Shown here piece after piece: positions 58,254 through 64,000 of a stretch of 64,000 nt of DNA. Numbering within the stretch: position 1 is the first letter of the stretch; the number at the start of each line of letters is the position of its first letter. Where the stretch lies: assembly GCA_020632095.1 (NCBI GenBank), contig JACKGF010000001.1, forward strand, positions 326,638 to 390,637. The letters run 5' to 3'. A program made the position numbers and the translations under genes. The notes beneath the pieces are model-generated. The model had not been told where the DNA came from, did no database searches, and worked only from the letters and a program-made list of their open reading frames with translations. This DNA is from Candidatus Nomurabacteria bacterium (lineage in GTDB: Bacteria > Patescibacteriota > Minisyncoccia > Phycocordibacterales > UBA918).

Positions 58254-59759
58254 TTAAGCGATTGCAGTGATATCTTTATATTTCTGAATATATTCTTTCA
58301 GAAGATCTTCAACGGCTGGAGTGAGAGCTTTTTCTTGTTGCAGACTGTCGATTACTGCCTTACCTTCATTGTTAAGGTAATCATGGAAGTTCTTCTCCCA
58401 TTCAACTAAATCCTCCACTGCCACATCATCAAGATGACCCCGAGTCAGTGCATAAAGGGCGGCTACTTCATGTTCGACTGATAGCGGTGAGTACTGTGCT
58501 TGCTTCAGCATTTCCACTCCACGCTTTCCTCGTTCAATTAGTTTTTTAGTTTTATCATCCAAGTCTGAGCCAAATTGAGCAAAAGCTTCCAATTCACGGA
58601 ATTGTGCCAAGTCCAAACGGAGAGTTCCCGCCACTTGTTTCATCGCTTTGATTTGCGCTGATGAACCCACCCGAGAGACTGACAAACCAACGTTTAAAGC
58701 CGGACGAATTCCTTTGTAGAAAAGGTCAGACTCTAGATAAATTTGTCCGTCAGTAATCGAAATCACGTTGGTTGGAATGTAAGCACTCACGTCACCACCT
58801 TGAGTTTCAATAATCGGCAGAGCCGTTAGTGAACCGCCGCCATTTTCTTCGTTCAACTTAGCACTACGCTCTAACAATCTGGAGTGAAGATAAAAAACAT
58901 CTCCTGGATAAGCTTCTCGCCCAGGTGGACGTCGTAAAATAAGTGAGATTTGTCGGTAGGCTGCAGCGTGTTTTGACAAATCATCATGGACCACCAAAAC
59001 ATCTTCACCTTTATCCATAAAGTATTCACCGATAGCTGTACCAGTGTAAGGAGCCATGAAAGAAAGTGATACCGGCATCGCCGCTCCCGCTACTACAACT
59101 GTTGTGTATTCCATTGCTCCAGCCTCCTCTAACATAGAGACAATACGTGCCACCTTAGACTCTTTCTGACCAATTGCTACATAAATACACTTCACTCCCT
59201 GCCCTTTCTGGTTGATGATAGTGTCGATAGCCACCGCTGTCTTTCCAGTCTGACGATCACCAATAATCAACTCTCGTTGTCCGCGTCCAACCGGGATTAA
59301 GGCATCAATCGCTTTAATACCAGTTTGCAATGGTTGATGAACTGACTTTCGTGTAATAACCCCCGGAGCAATCTTTTCCACTGGATACCTAACATCAGTC
59401 TTAATCTCACCTTTGCCATCCAGTGGCATACCAAGCGCATCGACCACTCGGCCAATCATTTTTTCACCCACTGGTACAGAAAGAATCTTTCCGGTCGACT
59501 TAACCACGTCGCCTTCTTTAATCACTTTCATATCACCCAGCAACATGATACCCACTTGGTCTTCTTCCAAGTTTAGTACTACTCCCAAGTCCCCATTAGG
59601 AAACTCGACCATTTCTGAAGCCATTGCACCAGCTAGTCCGGAAATACGAGCCACACCATCGCCCACCTCCAAAACAGTTCCAACCGATTCTTCAGATACT
59701 GACGATTCAAATCCTTCGATTTGTTTCTTGAGCTGTTCAATAATATAGTCCTTATTCAT
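58254..59759 (-). CDS. atpA: F1 ATP synthase alpha subunit
   Basis: P-loop GDRQTGKTA is present and the protein is 501 aa. Confidence 0.95.
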   Translation of the reverse strand: MNKDYIIEQLKKQIEGFESSVSEESVGTVLEVGDGVARISGLAGAMASEMVEFPNGDLGVVLNLEEDQVGIMLLGDMKVIKEGDVVKSTGKILSVPVGEKMIGRVVDALGMPLDGKGEIKTDVRYPVEKIAPGVITRKSVHQPLQTGIKAIDALIPVGRGQRELIIGDRQTGKTAVAIDTIINQKGQGVKCIYVAIGQKESKVARIVSMLEEAGAMEYTTVVVAGAAMPVSLSFMAPYTGTAIGEYFMDKGEDVLVVHDDLSKHAAAYRQISLILRRPPGREAYPGDVFYLHSRLLERSAKLNEENGGGSLTALPIIETQGGDVSAYIPTNVISITDGQIYLESDLFYKGIRPALNVGLSVSRVGSSAQIKAMKQVAGTLRLDLAQFRELEAFAQFGSDLDDKTKKLIERGKRGVEMLKQAQYSPLSVEHEVAALYALTRGHLDDVAVEDLVEWEKNFHDYLNNEGKAVIDSLQQEKALTPAVEDLLKEYIQKYKDITAIA

Positions 59760-59798
59760 AATAAAATTATAATTACATCGTTAATTTTTACAAAATAT

Positions 59799-60209
59799 TT
59801 ATCCAATTCGCAACGCTTGGCGAAACTTCACAATATTTTTAACCACACTACCGTCAATCATCTTATCTCCGACTCGTATCATCACCCCACCCTTAAGTTG
59901 GGGGACAATTTTTTTAGTTAGAAAAATTTCTTTACCGGGATAAGTTTTCTCCACATAATCCGCGATATTTTTATCACCTTCAGCGTCAAGTGGCTCAGCG
60001 CTTTCCACTTTCACACTAAGAATATTATTTTCTTTATTGTATATATCTTCAAACAACCGAATGATATGATGAAGATATTTGGTGTGATGTTTCTTTCTTA
60101 AGACCTTAACAAAATCAGACAGGACTAGAGTTATCTCATTTTCTGTTTTACCTTTTGTTAATTCAAACAAAAGCTGGGCATATTGTTTAGGCTGAATTCG
60201 TACACTCAT
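59799..60209 (-). CDS. atpH: F1 ATP synthase delta subunit (OSCP; short form)
   Basis: N-terminal YAQLLFEL and a C-terminal GGVMIRVGDKMIDGSV pattern are present. The gene sits between atpF and atpA. Confidence 0.75.
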   Translation of the reverse strand: MSVRIQPKQYAQLLFELTKGKTENEITLVLSDFVKVLRKKHHTKYLHHIIRLFEDIYNKENNILSVKVESAEPLDAEGDKNIADYVEKTYPGKEIFLTKKIVPQLKGGVMIRVGDKMIDGSVVKNIVKFRQALRIG

Positions 60210-60231
60210 AAATAAAACAGAATTTAACTAA

Positions 60232-60723
60232 TTAGACTTTCTTAAATACAGCCTTAATAAACTGCTTATCGTCTTCCGTCTCGTAACGCTTCTGAATTAA
60301 TTTTTCAGTTGCATCAACCACCAACTTTGTCATATCGTCCTGAACGTCAAACATGATTTGATCTTTTTCTTGTTGAATTTTTAGTTGAGCATCAGCCGCA
60401 ATTTTCTTAGTTTCAGCTTCAGCCTTACTCAAAATAACGTGAGCACTTTTATTAGCTGTTTCTTGTGCTTCTTCAATAATCACGCGGGCTTCTTTTTTGG
60501 CGTTCAAGACAATTTGGTCTGACTCGCTTTGTGCATTTTGTAGTAACTTCTGTGAAGCTTCTACATCATCTGCACTTTGTTTGATTTTCTTTTTTCTTTC
60601 TTCAAGCAACTCTAAAACCGGGTTGTAGGCAAACCGATAGAGCACGAAAACGAGAATGGCAAAATTAATTAATTGTGCCAAAAAAATGCGTAAATCAATT
60701 CCTAATGCTGTGAGTAATTCCAT
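60232..60723 (-). CDS. atpF: Fo ATP synthase b subunit
   Basis: A single N-terminal TM helix is followed by a long charged helix, in the expected operon position. Confidence 0.8.
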   Translation of the reverse strand: MELLTALGIDLRIFLAQLINFAILVFVLYRFAYNPVLELLEERKKKIKQSADDVEASQKLLQNAQSESDQIVLNAKKEARVIIEEAQETANKSAHVILSKAEAETKKIAADAQLKIQQEKDQIMFDVQDDMTKLVVDATEKLIQKRYETEDDKQFIKAVFKKV

Positions 60724-60750
60724 AGATTCTTTGAAACTTAATAGTTTCTA

Positions 60751-60978
60751 TTATCCGAATAGGATGATAAGAGTTACCACCAAAGCGTAAATAGCAGTTG
60801 ATTCTGCAATCGCCATAGTCACAAATAGTAGCGGTGTGATTTGACCCTGTACTTCAGGATTACGACCAATCGCTTCCATTGCCTTCGCTGCAATTAAACC
60901 TTCACCAACAGCTGACCCGATTGCTCCTAATCCAATCGCCAAACCGGCTGCTATTAATCGTGCTGATTCTATATCCAT
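60751..60978 (-). CDS. atpE: Fo ATP synthase c subunit
   Basis: 75 aa forming a two-helix hairpin, with a GxGxGxG region and the conserved carboxylate (E) in helix 2. Confidence 0.9.
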   Translation of the reverse strand: MDIESARLIAAGLAIGLGAIGSAVGEGLIAAKAMEAIGRNPEVQGQITPLLFVTMAIAESTAIYALVVTLIILFG

Positions 60979-61018
60979 ACTTTTTTAAAATAAATTGTTA
61001 ATACCCTCTTTTTTAACC

Positions 61019-61852
61019 CTATGTTACCACCGGGTCTGCCGGAGCAGGCAGCTCCGAGGCCATAGTGATAAAGATAGTAGTCAAAAGAGAAAATACAAAC
61101 GCTTGAATAATGGCTGACAAAAGCCCTAGAAACATGAACGGTAGTGGCAGAAAATACGGCATCAAAAACAACATCACTACCGCCAATACTTCACCAGCGA
61201 AAATATTACCGAACAAACGGAATGAAAGTGAAAGTATTTTTGCCAATTCACTGATAATTTCCATCAATCCCAAGATAAAGTTGAGCGGACTGGAAAAATT
61301 AATAAACTTCTTCAAGTAACCAAATGGACCATAGGTGACAATCGCCACAATCTGAACAGTGATTACACTCACTACAGTCAACATTAAGACAATACTATAG
61401 TCAGCCATCACAGACCGGAACAATGAAGCTTCACCATAGTGTATGGCTGCCTCCCCCGGCAGAAAACCAAAAAGATTAGTAAACAAAATAAAGAAAAACA
61501 TTGTAAAGACTAAAGGAAAAACCCTCTTGGTCTTACTATCGTCTTTGGTGATAGTATCAACGAATTTATACCCGCCCTCAATCAGTAGTTCTACGATGTT
61601 TTGAAAAGTGCCTGGCTGTTGTTTTAGTGAATACTTCATCCTAACAGCAGTAACAATCAATATCAGTGATAGGACAATTTCCCAAAAGAAAGAATTAGTG
61701 ACCGGAAAAGAACCGATCGTAAACAATATTTCAGGGGCGAGGAATACCTTAATAGACGCATCAGGGTCTTTTTCCAGGCCGAGAAAAACAGAAAGTGCCA
61801 ACAAAACACAGATAAACAGTGTAGTGTATAGTCCTGATTTAGTATTAAACAT
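61019..61852 (-). CDS. atpB: Fo ATP synthase a subunit
   Basis: It is polytopic, with the conserved Arg in LSLSFRLFGNIFAGE. Confidence 0.9.
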   Translation of the reverse strand: MFNTKSGLYTTLFICVLLALSVFLGLEKDPDASIKVFLAPEILFTIGSFPVTNSFFWEIVLSLILIVTAVRMKYSLKQQPGTFQNIVELLIEGGYKFVDTITKDDSKTKRVFPLVFTMFFFILFTNLFGFLPGEAAIHYGEASLFRSVMADYSIVLMLTVVSVITVQIVAIVTYGPFGYLKKFINFSSPLNFILGLMEIISELAKILSLSFRLFGNIFAGEVLAVVMLFLMPYFLPLPFMFLGLLSAIIQAFVFSLLTTIFITMASELPAPADPVVT

Positions 61853-61863
61853 ATTTAATATAA

Positions 61864-62151
61864 CTATTCTTTAGTTTCCACTTCAGCTAATCTAGCCTTT
61901 TCTTCGGCTTCTTTAACATCGGCCGCTTTGATGTGTTCATTTGAGACTTTCATGAATTTCATGATTTTTCGAAACATTAGTATGTTGGTCAAGACAAAAG
62001 CTGTGGCAATAGCAAAAAACAAAAATGTTTTATTGGTGCCAAAATATCTATCCAACATATATCCGGCTCCGCCGAGAAAAAAAACCGGTCCGAGGATGGC
62101 TGTTGCATTAAAAAGGAAGGCCTCTCTTAAAATCGTGTTTTTCATAAACAA
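61864..62151 (-). CDS. atpZ: AtpZ/AtpI-type small membrane protein preceding atpB
   Basis: 95 aa with two TM helices. It has a G..FLGGAGYMLDRYFG pattern like ATPase_gene1-family proteins and sits at the operon head. Confidence 0.55.
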   Translation of the reverse strand: MFMKNTILREAFLFNATAILGPVFFLGGAGYMLDRYFGTNKTFLFFAIATAFVLTNILMFRKIMKFMKVSNEHIKAADVKEAEEKARLAEVETKE

Positions 62152-62362
62152 TGAACCCAGAACCCCAACAGATTACACCAAATGACTAATTTTGCAATGA
62201 TGTTTTTGGACTAACTCAATATAGTAGAAACTAGATCGAACAACACCACAACCGAGCCAAACAAGTCATTTGGCTACTAATTCCTCTGGTGGATAAATCC
62301 AATAAAATATAGATAAATAATCCGAGACCTACTCATTAGCCACACAAACTCTCACAATACAC

Positions 62363-62695
62363 CTAATACGGAATCTGGCACTCTTCGAAGCAGTGGGCGT
62401 TGCGGTTTAGGGAATATAACTTTTCTCTACCTTGTCTGACAGTACTCACCGCGTCGACTCCTCTTAAAATATTTAAATGATGAGTAATAGTAGGTTGTCG
62501 TAACCCAACTTTTTCGGTCAGTTCCGTCACAGTTAGACCATCAACACTTTTTCCTAAAGCACACACAATAGTATAGCGACTCTTTACTCCAACTACCTTA
62601 AAACAATCTGGGCAAAGTTCTTCCTCAGAGGTAACACTGGCTTTTACCCATTTTGGCCTCGGGTAGGTAATCGATTCTATTGATTTGTCTGACAT
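62363..62695 (-). CDS. ArsR/SmtB-like winged-HTH regulator with N-terminal CPDC motif (tentative)
   Basis: LTVTELTEKVGLRQPTITHHLNILRGVDAV...GREKLYSL fits the ArsR HTH-wing pattern. It is divergent from nrdD. Confidence 0.45.
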   Translation of the reverse strand: MSDKSIESITYPRPKWVKASVTSEEELCPDCFKVVGVKSRYTIVCALGKSVDGLTVTELTEKVGLRQPTITHHLNILRGVDAVSTVRQGREKLYSLNRNAHCFEECQIPY

Positions 62696-62766
62696 ATTGT
62701 ATTCTGAATAGCTGCGTGTAAGTCTATTTTAAAGTTAATAACACTATCCACATAATTAAATAATAT

Positions 62767-62815
62767 ATAGATGACTATCTATGTTTATAATCAACCAATA
62801 GATGTCCGTCTATAG
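62767..62815. promoter_or_regulatory. pair of 16-18-bp imperfect palindromes 31 bp apart upstream of nrdD
   Basis: ATAGATGACTATCTAT at 62767-62782 is a 6-4-6 palindrome. ATAGATGTCCGTCTATAG lies at 62798-62815. The spacing and position resemble tandem NrdR-box arrangements, although the sequence differs from the NrdR-box consensus I remember. Confidence 0.3.
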
Positions 62816-62867
62816 TACCACGCTCCGAAGGCGAGCTGGGCATATTATTAACTCTCAATTTTCCTAC

Positions 62868-64000
62868 ATGAACACAAAAAAACTTAACTCTACTTTAAAG
62901 AAAATCGTCAAACGAGATGGTGTAGTTGTGTCATTTAATTCCCAAAAGATAACCCGTGCCGTAGAGAAAGCTATGCGCGCCTCAGGTGAATTAAAAACCT
63001 CTGCTCCTCTAAAAATCACAAACCTGGTGACCGACGAGTTGCAAATAGCTTATAAAAATAACCCGTCCTTTATTGTCACCGTTGAAGGAGTTCAAGACTT
63101 GATTGAAAAAGCTTTGATGGATCAAAAATTTACCACCACCGCTAAAAACTACATTCTTTACCGTGAACAACATGCTCATATTCGTCGCATGGTCAGCACT
63201 GAATCAATCAGCTTGGTGGATAAATACCTCGATAGTGCTGATTGGATGGTAAAAGAAAATAGCAATATGGCATTTTCTTTACAAGGACTAAATAACTACA
63301 TTGCTTCAGAAGTCAGTAAGACGTACTGGCTAGACAAAATCTATCCCCCCGAAGTCCGAGACGCTCACCAGAGTGGGGATATGCATATTCACGATCTTAA
63401 TCTTCTATCAGTCTATTGTGTTGGCTGGGATCTGTACGATTTACTAATACGCGGTTTTGGTGGCGTACCAGGCAAAGCCACTAGTAAGCCGGCCAAACAT
63501 TTCCGTAGTGCACTCGGACAAATGACCAACTTCTTTTACACCCTTCAGGGTGAAGCAGCTGGCGCACAAGCTTTTTCCAATGTCGACACTCTGCTTGCAC
63601 CTTTTATCTATTACGATCATTTGTCATACGATGAAGTCAAACAAGCTTTGCAAGAATTTGTTTTTAACGTAAATGTTCCGACGCGAGTTGGTTTTCAAAC
63701 CCCTTTTACCAATGTTACTCTCGACTTGTTAGTACCATCCTTTTACAAAAACCAACGAGTCATACGGGGTGGAGAAAAATGCAAAGAAACCTACGGTGAA
63801 TTCCAAAGAGAAATGGATACCTTCAACCGCGCCTTCTTGGAGGTAATGAGTGAAGGCGATGCCTCTGGTCGAGTCTTCACCTTCCCGATTCCCACCTACA
63901 ATATCACCAAGGATTTTGACTGGGACAACGACCGAGTATCATACTTGTGGGAAGCGGCCGCCAAATACGGTATTCCATATTTTTCAAACTTCATCAACTC
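62868..64000 (+). CDS. nrdD: anaerobic ribonucleoside-triphosphate reductase (class III), N-terminal about 375 aa; continues past window end
   Basis: An ATP-cone start (LKKIVKRDGVVVSFNSQKITRAVEKA) is present. NrdD-typical segments follow (GDMHIHDL, YCVGWDLYDLLIRGFGGVPGKATSKPAKHFRSALGQMTNFFYTLQGEAAGAQAFSNVDTLLAPF). There is no stop before position 64000. Confidence 0.8.
   Translation, partial: MNTKKLNSTLKKIVKRDGVVVSFNSQKITRAVEKAMRASGELKTSAPLKITNLVTDELQIAYKNNPSFIVTVEGVQDLIEKALMDQKFTTTAKNYILYREQHAHIRRMVSTESISLVDKYLDSADWMVKENSNMAFSLQGLNNYIASEVSKTYWLDKIYPPEVRDAHQSGDMHIHDLNLLSVYCVGWDLYDLLIRGFGGVPGKATSKPAKHFRSALGQMTNFFYTLQGEAAGAQAFSNVDTLLAPFIYYDHLSYDEVKQALQEFVFNVNVPTRVGFQTPFTNVTLDLLVPSFYKNQRVIRGGEKCKETYGEFQREMDTFNRAFLEVMSEGDASGRVFTFPIPTYNITKDFDWDNDRVSYLWEAAAKYGIPYFSNFIN

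Overview
This 64-kb window comes from a low-GC (about 40% by eye) bacterial chromosome. Most genes are housekeeping genes, and most lie on the minus strand. The gene set, the compact spacing and several minimised proteins suggest a reduced-genome lineage, possibly a Patescibacteria/CPR-like organism, but that is inference only.

Recognisable content, in order:
- a partial MFS transporter at the window edge;
- greA;
- a rod-shape and cell-wall cluster, mreB-mreC-(mreD)-mrdA (PBP2);
- proS, rseP, frr and a minimal holB-like gene;
- three unusual large genes: a proline-rich protein, a highly acidic coiled-coil protein and a soluble TrwB/VirD4/HerA-superfamily P-loop ATPase;
- suhB-like IMPase, an HD hydrolase and a second MreB paralog;
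- a single high-GC gene encoding a PEP-CTERM protein;
- an HTH(XRE)-MurA fusion, a SAM methyltransferase and an orphan type IV pilin;
- priA (Walker motifs degenerate)-def-fmt;
- hpf, a glutaredoxin-like gene and csp;
- a PLD/cardiolipin-synthase-like gene, a YjdF-like membrane protein and pyrE;
- several small hypothetical proteins, including a PhnA-C-domain protein;
- an IS200/IS605 element (tnpA plus left and right hairpins) inserted at the 3' end of tspO;
- a split SOUL heme-binding gene;
- pepF and a 707-aa secreted multidomain (PG-binding, SH3b) protein;
- a truncated NadB-like flavoprotein;
- a 5'-truncated ion-channel fragment abutting a roughly 110-bp MITE-like inverted-repeat element;
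- a roughly 5-kb segment bounded by two copies of that element and by degenerate tRNA 3'-end-like remnants, ending at a tRNA-Asn(GTT) gene. It carries an IS4-family transposase fragment, a beta-lactamase-family serine hydrolase and hypothetical proteins;
- fpg and ung;
- the complete F1Fo ATP synthase operon (atpZ-B-E-F-H-A-G-D-C);
- an ArsR-like regulator divergent from the start of nrdD (class III RNR), which runs off the window end.

The best candidates for something new are:
- the ATPase, acidic protein and Pro-rich protein triad;
- the tRNA-Asn-associated island with its MITE-like elements;
- the compositionally foreign PEP-CTERM gene;
- the HTH-MurA fusion.

No CRISPR array, rRNA or obvious restriction-modification or toxin-antitoxin system was seen.
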